NCBI GenBank assembly: GCA_002067865.1
Contig: MVRC01000018.1
Coordinates: 1 to 53,540, forward strand
Direction of reading: 5' to 3'
Length of the DNA stretch: 53,540 nt
DNA from: Methanomassiliicoccales archaeon PtaU1.Bin124
GTDB taxonomy: Archaea; Thermoplasmatota; Thermoplasmata; Methanomassiliicoccales; UBA472
The notes beneath the pieces are model-generated. The model was not told the origin of the DNA, made no database searches, and saw nothing but the letters and a program-made list of their open reading frames with translations. The position numbers were made by a program, and so were the translations under genes. Shown here in pieces: positions 45,897 through 53,540 of this stretch. Numbering within the stretch: position 1 is the stretch's first letter; every line of letters begins with the position of its first letter.

Positions 45897-48800
45897 TTGA
45901 GGGAACTGGCTTGCAGTGACGACATGCGTCGCTACTTCCAGAACCTATTCCGGGAGAACGACCACTGCTACGCGGTGGCCACCAAGGCCAGGGAGATGGG
46001 CTATGACCCCCAGACCTATGTGGAGATCCCGCAAGCGGAGGACCTGGCCGCCCGGGTCGAAGAACAGCTGTCCCAGTGGGAAGTGGATGGCGTGGCCGAC
46101 CTTATCCGGGACCTGAGCAGCAAGCATGATAGTCGGGAAGAGGTCTCCCTTCTGGTGGCCAAGGAAGTGGCCAAATGGCCCGCCAAATCCAACGAGGAGG
46201 CGATCGACCGGGCCGTTCGCGTGGGGCTCAGCGTTCTGACCGAGGGGATCCTGGTCGCTCCAATTGTGGGCATCGGCGGGGTGAAGATAGGGACCAACAC
46301 CGACGGTTCTCAGTACGTCTCCCTATTCTTCAATGGTCCCATCCGTTCTGCGGGAGGGACCGGCCAGGCCATGTCCGTCCTGATCGCGGACATGGTCCGA
46401 AGAGAGTTCGGGCTGGGGGTCTACAAGCCGGAGCACGGCGAGGTCGAGAGGCTGAAGGAGGAGATCCCCCTCTACAAGCAGTGCCAGCATCTCCAGTATG
46501 TGCCCGGTAACGAAGAGATCGAACTGATCTACAAGAACTGCCCGGTATGCATAGACGGAGAGAAGACGGAGGACCTGGAGATATCCGGTTTCCGCAATCT
46601 CCCGCGCATCAAAACGAACAACGTGCGGGGCGGAGTATGCCTGGTCATCTCCGAGGGGATGTGCCTCAAGGCGCCCAAGCTAAAGAAGCACGTGGATAAA
46701 CTGGGTATTGATGGCTGGGGCTTCCTGGGCGAGTACATCAACCGGAAGAAGAACAAGGGGGATAGCAAGGATAGCGGCAAGGTCGCTCCCGATTCCAAAT
46801 ATCTTAAGGACATCGTGGGTGGAAGACCAGTTCTGGGCCACCCTTCAAGGGCCGGGGGTTTGAGGCTTAGGTATGGCAGGGGAAGGACGACCGGTCTCGC
46901 CGCGCTGGCGCTCAATCCAGCCACCATGTTCGCCCTCGATTCCTTCCTGGCCATCGGAACGCAGATCAAGATCGAGAGGCCCGGAAAGGCCGGGGCGGTC
47001 ACCCCCTGCGATGAGCTGGAAGGGCCGATATTGCTTCTGAAAAATGGAGACCTGGTCCAGGCGAACACCGTCGAAGAGGTCAAGAGATATCGCCACGAGA
47101 TGAAGCAGATCGTCGATCTGGGCGAGGTGCTGCTTCCATTCGGAGAGTTCGTGGAGAACAATCACGTCCTGGTCCAGGGGGACTATGCCATCGAGTGGTA
47201 CAAGCAGGAGCTTTTGCCAGCGTGCGATCATCAGCTCCCGGACGATTGGAGGGACCCGAAGAACCTGGAAAGGGCCATCGAACTATCGAAGCAGTTCAAG
47301 GTCCCCCTCCATCCCAATTTCAATCTGTTCTGGTACGATCTCAAACTGGAATCGCTCCAGAGACTGCGAAGCCGCATTTTGGAGAACGGCTCCTACGACG
47401 GGTGCCTCACATTCACTCCGACCCCGGAGGAAAAATTGGACCTGGAGAACCTAGGGGCCCTGCACACGATGGCGGACCAGGCAGTGAAGGTCGACCGTTA
47501 TGCATTGCCTTTGCTGAAAGGGTTGGGCCTCGGGGTGGACGGGGGCAGGATCGTCGAGATCGCCCCCCTTCAGGGAAGCTCGGTGATGGCCGCGGTGTCC
47601 GCCGCATACGGAATAACCGTTCGACCGAGGGCGGTCACCAGGATCGGCTCACGCATGGCCAGGCCAGAAAAGGCCAAGGAAAGGAAGATGAAGCCTCCAC
47701 CCCACGTCCTGTTCCCTATCGGCAAGAACGGAGGGCCACAGAGGCTGCTGGACAAGGCGGCCGAGAACAAATCGATCAGCGTCGAGGTCGGCGTCCGCAC
47801 CTGCCCGGATTGCGGCGATTCCTCGACCATCTCCTGCAGGTGTCCGGAGTGCGGCGCTCACACCACCGTCAGGGATGAGCCCCAGGAGATCGGGCTGAAC
47901 CTCAAGGACATGATCCGTGAGGCAGCGGAAAATTTGCGCGAGGGTCGCATCCCTGACAAGATCAAATGCGTCGAGGGGCTGATATCCAAGGACAAGACCC
48001 CCGAGCCGCTGGAGAAGGGCATCCTGCGCCGCAAGCACGATATCTTCGTCAACAAAGATGGAACGATCAGGTTCGACTTGACCGATGTCCCGTTGACGCA
48101 TTTCCGCCCCCGGGAGATAGGCCTTTCGGTGGAGAAGGCCATCCAGCTCGGCTATCAGCGCGATATCCACGATGAACCGCTCACCTCGCCGGAGCAGATA
48201 TGCGAGCTGCGGGTGCAGGACATAGTCCCCTCGGTATCCTGCGGGGACTTCATGGTCCAGGTGGCGAAGTTCACCGACGACCTGCTCACCAAGTTCTACA
48301 AGATGGAACCCTTCTACAATGCCAAGGAGAGGTCCGACCTGATAGGGCATCTGACCATAGGTCTGGCGCCCCATACTTCCGGTGGCATCCTGTGCCGAAT
48401 AATCGGTTACTCCGATTCAGCTGTCTGCTACGGTCATCCCTTCTTTCACGCCGCCAAGCGCCGCAATGCGGACGGCGACGAGGATAGCGTCATGCTGCTG
48501 ATGGATGGCCTGCTGAACTTCTCCCGGGCCTATCTGCCCGATTCCCGCGGTGGCCTGATGGACGCACCTCTGGTCCTGGCCATCCGCCTCGACCCGAACG
48601 AGATCGACAAGGAGGCGCACAACATCGACCTGTTATGGGAATATCCGCTGGAGTTCTACAAGGCCACCATGGAGATGAAGCAGCCCAAGGAGGTGCAGGG
48701 CCAGATGGACCTGGTGGCGGACAGGGTTAAATCCCTGCTGCAGTACGAAGGGTTCGGTTTCACCCACGACACCCACAACATCTCGGAGGGCCCCAAGGAG

Positions 48801-49430
48801 TCATCGTACAAGACCTTGGGCTCGATGGCCGACAAGATGAAGGCGCAGCTCAATCTGGCCAGGATGATCAGGGCGGTCGATGAGGTCGATACGGCCCAAC
48901 GCATCATTTCCAAGCATTTCCTGCCAGACCTTATCGGGAACCTGAAGCAGTTCTCGGGGCAGAAGATGCGATGCACCAAGTGCGGCGCCAGCTATCGGCG
49001 GGTGCCATTGTCGGGCAAATGCTATTGCGGCAACAAGCTCAATCTGACAGTATATGAGGCCAGCGTAAAGAAGTACCTGGCCGTCACGAAGAAGGTAGGA
49101 AAGGAATACGGCGTCTCCATGTACATCCAGCAAAGGGTGGGCATCATAGAGGACAGCATCCGTTCGATCTTCGGCAATGCAGATACTGCACTGGATATCG
49201 ACCTCGACTCATTGGACGAACCGATCATGGAAGAGGAGGAGGCGCCCAAGGCGCGCACCCTGGATTTCTTCACCGCCAGTTGTATCGACGCACCGGAGGA
49301 GGACCCGCTGCCAGGACCGGAGGACGACCCTGAACTGCTCACCACGGTGCGTGATGAGCCTAGGGATGAGGTGCCATTGCAGGTGCCTGAACCGAAAAGG
49401 AAGGCCTGCAGCCTGGATGATTACTTCTGA
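45897..49430 (+). CDS. polC: DNA polymerase II large subunit (PolD DP2)
   Basis: 1177 aa. Archaeal DP2 hallmarks, including the Zn-finger clusters CPVC...C and CRCPECG...C, and CTKCG...CYCG. No intein-sized insertion. TTG at 45897 with an upstream gggaggag RBS. An alternative ATG is at 45924. Confidence 0.85.
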   Translation: MRELACSDDMRRYFQNLFRENDHCYAVATKAREMGYDPQTYVEIPQAEDLAARVEEQLSQWEVDGVADLIRDLSSKHDSREEVSLLVAKEVAKWPAKSNEEAIDRAVRVGLSVLTEGILVAPIVGIGGVKIGTNTDGSQYVSLFFNGPIRSAGGTGQAMSVLIADMVRREFGLGVYKPEHGEVERLKEEIPLYKQCQHLQYVPGNEEIELIYKNCPVCIDGEKTEDLEISGFRNLPRIKTNNVRGGVCLVISEGMCLKAPKLKKHVDKLGIDGWGFLGEYINRKKNKGDSKDSGKVAPDSKYLKDIVGGRPVLGHPSRAGGLRLRYGRGRTTGLAALALNPATMFALDSFLAIGTQIKIERPGKAGAVTPCDELEGPILLLKNGDLVQANTVEEVKRYRHEMKQIVDLGEVLLPFGEFVENNHVLVQGDYAIEWYKQELLPACDHQLPDDWRDPKNLERAIELSKQFKVPLHPNFNLFWYDLKLESLQRLRSRILENGSYDGCLTFTPTPEEKLDLENLGALHTMADQAVKVDRYALPLLKGLGLGVDGGRIVEIAPLQGSSVMAAVSAAYGITVRPRAVTRIGSRMARPEKAKERKMKPPPHVLFPIGKNGGPQRLLDKAAENKSISVEVGVRTCPDCGDSSTISCRCPECGAHTTVRDEPQEIGLNLKDMIREAAENLREGRIPDKIKCVEGLISKDKTPEPLEKGILRRKHDIFVNKDGTIRFDLTDVPLTHFRPREIGLSVEKAIQLGYQRDIHDEPLTSPEQICELRVQDIVPSVSCGDFMVQVAKFTDDLLTKFYKMEPFYNAKERSDLIGHLTIGLAPHTSGGILCRIIGYSDSAVCYGHPFFHAAKRRNADGDEDSVMLLMDGLLNFSRAYLPDSRGGLMDAPLVLAIRLDPNEIDKEAHNIDLLWEYPLEFYKATMEMKQPKEVQGQMDLVADRVKSLLQYEGFGFTHDTHNISEGPKESSYKTLGSMADKMKAQLNLARMIRAVDEVDTAQRIISKHFLPDLIGNLKQFSGQKMRCTKCGASYRRVPLSGKCYCGNKLNLTVYEASVKKYLAVTKKVGKEYGVSMYIQQRVGIIEDSIRSIFGNADTALDIDLDSLDEPIMEEEEAPKARTLDFFTASCIDAPEEDPLPGPEDDPELLTTVRDEPRDEVPLQVPEPKRKACSLDDYF

Positions 49431-49483
49431 ACGGACGTATGCTTCGCTAGGAAATAAAAAAATGAGGAAAAAAGGAAACGGTT
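49431..49483. terminator. Convergent terminator region between polD (+) and rpoD (-), with oligo-T tracts on both strands
   Basis: gaaataaaaaaatgaggaaaaaaggaaacggttttag: T7 on the minus strand and T4 on the plus strand. Confidence 0.3.
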
Positions 49484-50335
49484 TTAGTTCTCCAGCGACG
49501 AGACCTGCTCCTTGAATCCGTCAAACTTCTGCTCCAGGATGTCCAGTGCTTTGAGCAGCGTCTCCTTGGCGGACAAGGAACCGTCGGTCTCGAACTCGAA
49601 GAGGAACTGGGTTGGGTCGCCCTCGACCTTGATGGCGCGGGTCTTGCAGATGTCGGGGTCGGCACAGGCCATGCAGAGAATGCAGGCCTTCTCGTCCACG
49701 ACCTTTACCTTGGCGCCTTCCTTGGCGAAGCAGTGCTTCGGGCAGACCGGAATGCAGGTACCGCCATTGTCGCACTTGGCCGCGTCGATCTTGACGCTGG
49801 GCAAGTACTTGTATCCGACTCCGTTGGTCACCTGCCACTTGGCGTGCTTCTTCCCGGTCCCGAGCTCGGCGTATGCGTACACCAGGATGGCCTGTCCCTC
49901 GCCCAGACGGACGAGCGGGATCATGTCGTCCTTTACGCGGACGCCAGTGTCGTTCTCGGCCAGGGGAAGCAGGTCACCAGAGTACACATCGCACGGGCCG
50001 GTCTTGAACAGAGAGTAACCGATCATGCAGGACGGGCAGCCTTCGCCGCCGCATTCGCACTTGTCCCTCTCCTTCAAGGTCAGGTCCGTTGGGATGGGCA
50101 CCAGGCCGAGGCGGTGGGCGACGATCTCGTCGAACAATGGAGAGACCGACTCGTACTCTTTGCCCTCGGCATCCTTGATGGGACCGAGGTGGAACTCCAC
50201 GGTCTCGATGGCCATCTTCGGTATCTCGGACATCAGCACCCGGCGCAGCGAGTTCACCACTTCGGGGCTGGAGTGCGTGACCAGGAACTTGGCGCTGGTC
50301 TCTGTCATCTCTATGATTTCGATCTCCATGTTCAA
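49484..50335 (-). CDS. rpoD: DNA-directed RNA polymerase subunit D (Rpo3) with a ferredoxin-like 4Fe-4S cluster domain
   Basis: RBP3/alpha-like dimerisation domain. Inserted Cys-rich domain CDNGGTCIPVCPKHC...CILCMACADPDIC (two CxxCxxC-like motifs). Confidence 0.85.
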   Translation of the reverse strand: MNMEIEIIEMTETSAKFLVTHSSPEVVNSLRRVLMSEIPKMAIETVEFHLGPIKDAEGKEYESVSPLFDEIVAHRLGLVPIPTDLTLKERDKCECGGEGCPSCMIGYSLFKTGPCDVYSGDLLPLAENDTGVRVKDDMIPLVRLGEGQAILVYAYAELGTGKKHAKWQVTNGVGYKYLPSVKIDAAKCDNGGTCIPVCPKHCFAKEGAKVKVVDEKACILCMACADPDICKTRAIKVEGDPTQFLFEFETDGSLSAKETLLKALDILEQKFDGFKEQVSSLEN

Positions 50336-50340
50336 CCGCC

Positions 50341-50724
50341 TTACACCCTTCTGCCCCTTCTGCCACCCTTCTTCTTGGTTCCGTCGTGCGGGATGGGAGT
50401 CGTGTCCTCGATCCTACCGATCTTCATGCCAGCGCGGGCCAATCCACGGATGGCCGCCTGAGCACCCGGTCCCGGGGAGGCGGACTTGTTGCCACCAGGG
50501 GCGCGCACCTTGATGTGCAGCCCCTCGTAGCCCTTCTCCCTGGCGATATCGGCCACACGCTCGGCGGCGCGCATCGCGGCGTAAGGGGAGGACTCATCCT
50601 TGGCCTGCTTGACCACCATTCCACCGGTGGCCTTGGTGATGGTCTCGGCTCCGGTGATGTCGGTCACGGTGATGATGATGTTGTTATAGCTGGCGAAAAT
50701 GTTCGCTATACCCCACTTGCCCAT
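50341..50724 (-). CDS. rps11: 30S ribosomal protein S11 (uS11)
   Basis: [18 protein letters not shown]...[10 protein letters not shown] typical of S11. Confidence 0.9.
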   Translation of the reverse strand: MGKWGIANIFASYNNIIITVTDITGAETITKATGGMVVKQAKDESSPYAAMRAAERVADIAREKGYEGLHIKVRAPGGNKSASPGPGAQAAIRGLARAGMKIGRIEDTTPIPHDGTKKKGGRRGRRV

Positions 50725-51447
50725 TTACTGTCCCTCCGGTGCATCGATTGGAGCGGCATCGTCCTTGGTAACGACCTCTGCCACGATCGGCTTTGCCACC
50801 TTCTTGACGAACTTCTTTCGGTCGCCGCCACCGCGGCCTCCGCGTCCGCCGCCCCTCTCCTCGCGCTCGCGGTAAGCGGCCTGGGCCGCCTCACGCCTGG
50901 CGCGGGCCTCGATGGCCCCCTTCTGCGCCACGCGGATGGGGTGCATCTCATCAGATACCGCGCTCAGCGGGTTGATGACGATGTTGTCCTCTTCTCCCCT
51001 CTGCACGATGTAGCCGGGGATGGTGACCTTTCGGTCGTTGATCGCAACATGTCCGTGCACGATGAACTGCCTCGCCTGTCCGGGCGAGCAGGCCAGTCCC
51101 TTGCGGAACACGATGGTCTGCAAGCGGCGGCCGAGCATGGACTCAGCGCCCAGACCGAGGACATCGTCCAGGGTGGCGCCTTCCATCGGCAGCAGGCCCA
51201 TGCGGGCGCAGCTCTTTAGCAGGTTCACGGTCTCGATCTTGGCCTGCTCTTCACCTGTGCGCAGCCGGGCCTGCAGGTCCCTGGACTGCTTCCTCAGGTT
51301 GCGCACGACGGTCTTGGCCTTCCACAGCTCGTGCTTGTTCTTCAGGCCGTACTGCCTGACGATCTCAGCCTCTTCCTTGATCCTCTCTCCCTGCCATGGG
51401 TGGGAGGGGGTGTTGAATGACCTGCGTGGGAATTTTGGATCGCCCAT
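50725..51447 (-). CDS. rps4: 30S ribosomal protein S4 (uS4) with a ~60-aa RGG-rich C-terminal extension
   Basis: Conserved S4 core through ...VINPLSAVSDE. Extra tail EARARREAAQAAYREREERGGGRGGRGGGDRKKFVKKVAKPIVAEV... Confidence 0.85.
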   Translation of the reverse strand: MGDPKFPRRSFNTPSHPWQGERIKEEAEIVRQYGLKNKHELWKAKTVVRNLRKQSRDLQARLRTGEEQAKIETVNLLKSCARMGLLPMEGATLDDVLGLGAESMLGRRLQTIVFRKGLACSPGQARQFIVHGHVAINDRKVTIPGYIVQRGEEDNIVINPLSAVSDEMHPIRVAQKGAIEARARREAAQAAYREREERGGGRGGRGGGDRKKFVKKVAKPIVAEVVTKDDAAPIDAPEGQ

Positions 51448-51456
51448 TCATACCAC

Positions 51457-52122
51457 CTACTTCTTCTCTTCCTTGGCAGCGCCTTCGGTCTTGGCGCCGG
51501 CGGCCTGCTGGGCCAGTTTCTGTCTCATGACACCCAGGGTCAGCCCAGTGCGGCCGTTGGACCTGGTCCTTTGACCGCGAACCTTCTGTCCCGTCTCGTG
51601 GCGCACACCCTTGTAGGAACGGACCATCTTCATGCGGTTGATGTCGTCCTTGCGTATGATCTCCAGGTCAGTGGAGACGATGTGCAGGTCGGCACCGGTC
51701 TCGATGTCGTTCTGGCGGTTGAGCGCCCAGGTGGGTGCGTACTCAGAATAGGTATTGATCAGCTTCTCCATCTCCTCGATCTTGCTGTCGGGGAGGGTAC
51801 CGATCTTGGCGGTGCGGTCGACGTGCGAGCGGCGGCAGACCACATCTGCCACGCGGGCACCTACGCCCATGACACCCTGGATCGCGATGAAGGTGGGCTT
51901 CGTGCCGTCCAGATCGCTGTTGACTATGCGGACGATGTACTTGAAGTCCTTACCATAGTCGGCCTTTACCGGGCCCTTGGGAGCGGCTTCCTTCTTTTCC
52001 GCCTTCTCTCCCTTCTCCTTCTTCTCTGCCTTCGGCTGCTTTTCAGCCTTCTCAGCCTTTTCGACCTTCTCGGTCTTCTCAGGCTTCTCTTCCTTAGCGT
52101 CCTTGTGCTCCTTCTCGGCCAA
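51457..52122 (-). CDS. rps13: 30S ribosomal protein S13 (uS13) with a ~70-aa Lys/Glu-rich N-terminal extension
   Basis: S13 core DFKYIVRIVNSDLDGTKP...GVRHETGQKVRGQRTRSNGRTG. GGAGGA RBS (52129-52134) lies 7 nt upstream of the TTG at 52122. The listed ORF extends further to 52251 without an RBS. Confidence 0.7.
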   Translation of the reverse strand: MAEKEHKDAKEEKPEKTEKVEKAEKAEKQPKAEKKEKGEKAEKKEAAPKGPVKADYGKDFKYIVRIVNSDLDGTKPTFIAIQGVMGVGARVADVVCRRSHVDRTAKIGTLPDSKIEEMEKLINTYSEYAPTWALNRQNDIETGADLHIVSTDLEIIRKDDINRMKMVRSYKGVRHETGQKVRGQRTRSNGRTGLTLGVMRQKLAQQAAGAKTEGAAKEEKK

Positions 52123-52410
52123 GATACTTCCTCCGATGTGGAATATCAACCCAGAACTCGGTCCCGGATTCCCTTCTTGGAGTGCTTGGTCATGCATCAA
52201 GCGCATGACCCGCAGTTCCCATCTCTGGATAGGGGCCAGTCCGGGAACCACTCGCCCTTAGGGACGAGCGCTCCGAGCAGATCTAGTCTGCTCAGTGTAG
52301 ACTCACGCAAGTGGACGACAATATTTAAACCTTTGTCATCGGCCATACTCGTGTCCAGATGCCGAGACGACGACCATACCCAGGCGATGCAGGGATACGG
52401 TCGCCGGTCA

Positions 52411-53070
52411 TTAGCTCTTTGCAGGACACATCTTGGCGAACATCTCCGGCACCTTGGCGAACGCATCGGGTATCTTCTTCGCGTCGCCTCCGCCGCCTTG
52501 GGCGAAGTCGGGCTTGCCTCCCCCGCCCCCTCCGATGATCGACATGACCTCCCGCAGCATGGCCTTGCAGTCCATATCCACATCGGCCGAACGGGTCACG
52601 AGCACCTTGGGGCTCGTTCCTGGCACCGCAATGACGGCCACCACCTTCGGCTCGGCGGCGAGCATCTTGGACATCTCATCCGCATTTTCGCCCTCCTCGA
52701 CCTGGTGGACCACCAAGCGCACACCATTAACGGTCTTGGCGGCCGATAGCAGCGAGCGGACCTTGACCTCGGCGAAGGCGGAAGAGAACTGTTCCAACCT
52801 CTTCTTCATATCTCTCAGGTCGGTCATGAGCTTCTCCGAGGCCTCGATGACGTTCTCCGAGGAGACGTTCCACCTCTCAGCCAAGGATTCCACGGTGGCC
52901 TTGTCGCTCTGCATCTCCGTGACCGCCACCAATCCAGCAGTGTACTCGACGCGGACGATCCCGTCCTGGATGCGCTTCGTCCGTCTGATGCGAATGGGGC
53001 CGACGAAGCCGGTGTGGGAGCAGTGTATACCTCCGCAGGCCTCTGCGTCCAACCCCACTATCTCGACCAC
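52411..53070 (-). CDS. Alanyl-tRNA synthetase C-terminal-region homolog (end of the editing-domain Zn motif plus the C-Ala/DHHA1-like domain). Stand-alone or truncated.
   Basis: ACGGIHCSHTGFVGPIRIRRTKRIQDGIVRVEYTAG matches the AlaRS/AlaX CGGTHV..TGeIG.f.I....RIE motif. C-terminal GGGGGKPDFAQGGGGDAKK matches the AlaRS C-Ala glycine motif. The upstream in-frame sequence is low-complexity R/D/E-rich with no start codon to the window end. The HxxxH half of the editing-site Zn motif is therefore not encoded. Confidence 0.5.
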   Translation of the reverse strand: MVEIVGLDAEACGGIHCSHTGFVGPIRIRRTKRIQDGIVRVEYTAGLVAVTEMQSDKATVESLAERWNVSSENVIEASEKLMTDLRDMKKRLEQFSSAFAEVKVRSLLSAAKTVNGVRLVVHQVEEGENADEMSKMLAAEPKVVAVIAVPGTSPKVLVTRSADVDMDCKAMLREVMSIIGGGGGGKPDFAQGGGGDAKKIPDAFAKVPEMFAKMCPAKS

Positions 53071-53118
53071 ACGGATGATCTTGCCTGGGACCGCACCGCC
53101 CTGGTAGAGGCGGTAGCC

Positions 53119-53540
53119 ATGCTTCTTCTCTGCCTCGTCGCCGTACTTCTCTGGATATCGGACTCCTTTTTTCCTCTTCTTCCGGGCTGGCTCTACATCG
53201 CCTCGGTCGCCATCGCCCTTCTTTTTGTGGCGCCGGGGATCGGGGTCGTCGAATGGAAGGAGGCCGCGCCGGAAATAGGCTGGGACATCTTCATCCTTGT
53301 CGGGGGAGGTCTCGCCCTCGGGTCCGGCCTCAACGAAACGGGCGTCATCAAGATCATAGCGGAGTACCTTTCGGCGGCGCTCCGGGGAGCGGGCGTTTCC
53401 GTCATCGCCGGGAGCGTGGCTCTCATCACTTCGCTCAGCATCACGGTTTTTTCGAGCCTGACGGCGACGGCTACGACCTTCGTCCCCGTCACGATCGGGC
53501 TCGCCCTCGCGCTGGGCCTGAATCCGGTCCCGCTGGGAAT
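53119..53540 (+). CDS. Partial (3'-truncated by the window end) IT-superfamily permease, ArsB/NhaD or DASS-like
   Basis: ATG at 53119. MLLLCLVAVLLWI...LYIASVAIALLFVAPGI gives two TM helices. VEWKEAAPEIGWDIFILVGGGLALGSGLNETGVIKIIAEYL matches the first-repeat hairpin of the 42297-43574 permease. The opposite-strand ORF 53193..53492 is low-complexity antisense. Confidence 0.45.
   Translation, partial: MLLLCLVAVLLWISDSFFPLLPGWLYIASVAIALLFVAPGIGVVEWKEAAPEIGWDIFILVGGGLALGSGLNETGVIKIIAEYLSAALRGAGVSVIAGSVALITSLSITVFSSLTATATTFVPVTIGLALALGLNPVPLG

Noticed and set aside
51990-52110. Tandem short DNA repeats (gccttctc/ggccttctc units) that could suggest a repeat array or CRISPR-like structure
   Set aside because: They are the coding-level reflection of the KAEK/KEEK repeat in the S13 N-terminal extension (minus strand). 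No spacer-repeat periodicity and no cas genes. No CRISPR array was found anywhere in the window.
52252-52410. Possible small RNA (SRP/RNase P-like) in the gap between the S13 operon and the AlaRS-like ORF
   Set aside because: No conserved SRP or RNase P sequence blocks are visible. The tttaaa element at ~52318 could simply be the distal promoter of the r-protein operon.
53193-53492. 99-aa minus-strand ORF, plus the long open minus frame upstream of the AlaRS-like ORF
   Set aside because: The translation is R/D/E/P-rich low complexity. It is the mirror of a convincing plus-strand permease with the same codon phase. This is a typical GC-rich antisense open frame.

Overview
Archaeal chromosomal window, GC-rich, probably Thermoplasmata-like. 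The call rests on the archaeal 16S 5' end ATTCCGGTTGATCC, aEF-2/aEF-1alpha, PolD DP2, Rpo3 and Pth2. The window opens inside a minus-strand 16S rRNA gene (1..771) that is not linked to a 23S gene. A divergent tRNA-Ser(GCU) (1372..1458) serves as the attachment site for a ~15.7 kb integrated element (1442..17128). The element is bounded by a perfect 23-bp direct repeat of the tRNA 3' end and ends with a tyrosine integrase next to attR. Its cargo is a defence island: a Type I R-M system (hsdM, an unusual hsdM-hsdS fusion, hsdR), then a convergent SPARTA-like pair (TIR-APAZ plus a short prokaryotic Argonaute with the LYYKAGGKPW PIWI motif). It also carries HTH/RHH/winged-helix proteins of unknown function and a serine resolvase. 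The cargo is visibly more AT-rich than the flanking chromosome. The rest of the window is core genome: flotillin, MtaB-like methylthiotransferase, tRNA-Gln, Pcc1-like, archaeosine TGT, Pth2, DUF99, a MoeB/ThiF E1, the str operon (S12-S7-EF2-EF1a-S10), leaderless ilvD, tRNA-Ala, and a large FN3-repeat surface protein. Then comes an ion-homeostasis cluster (CPA2 antiporter, ClC channel, NfeD-stomatin, peroxiredoxin, ArsB/NhaD-like permease, Lrp), a ModE-HTH/NUDIX fusion, NOG1 GTPase, PolD large subunit, and a minus-strand S13-S4-S11-RpoD operon. The window ends with an odd stand-alone AlaRS C-terminal-domain ORF divergent from a partial IT-superfamily transporter gene. No CRISPR array was seen.
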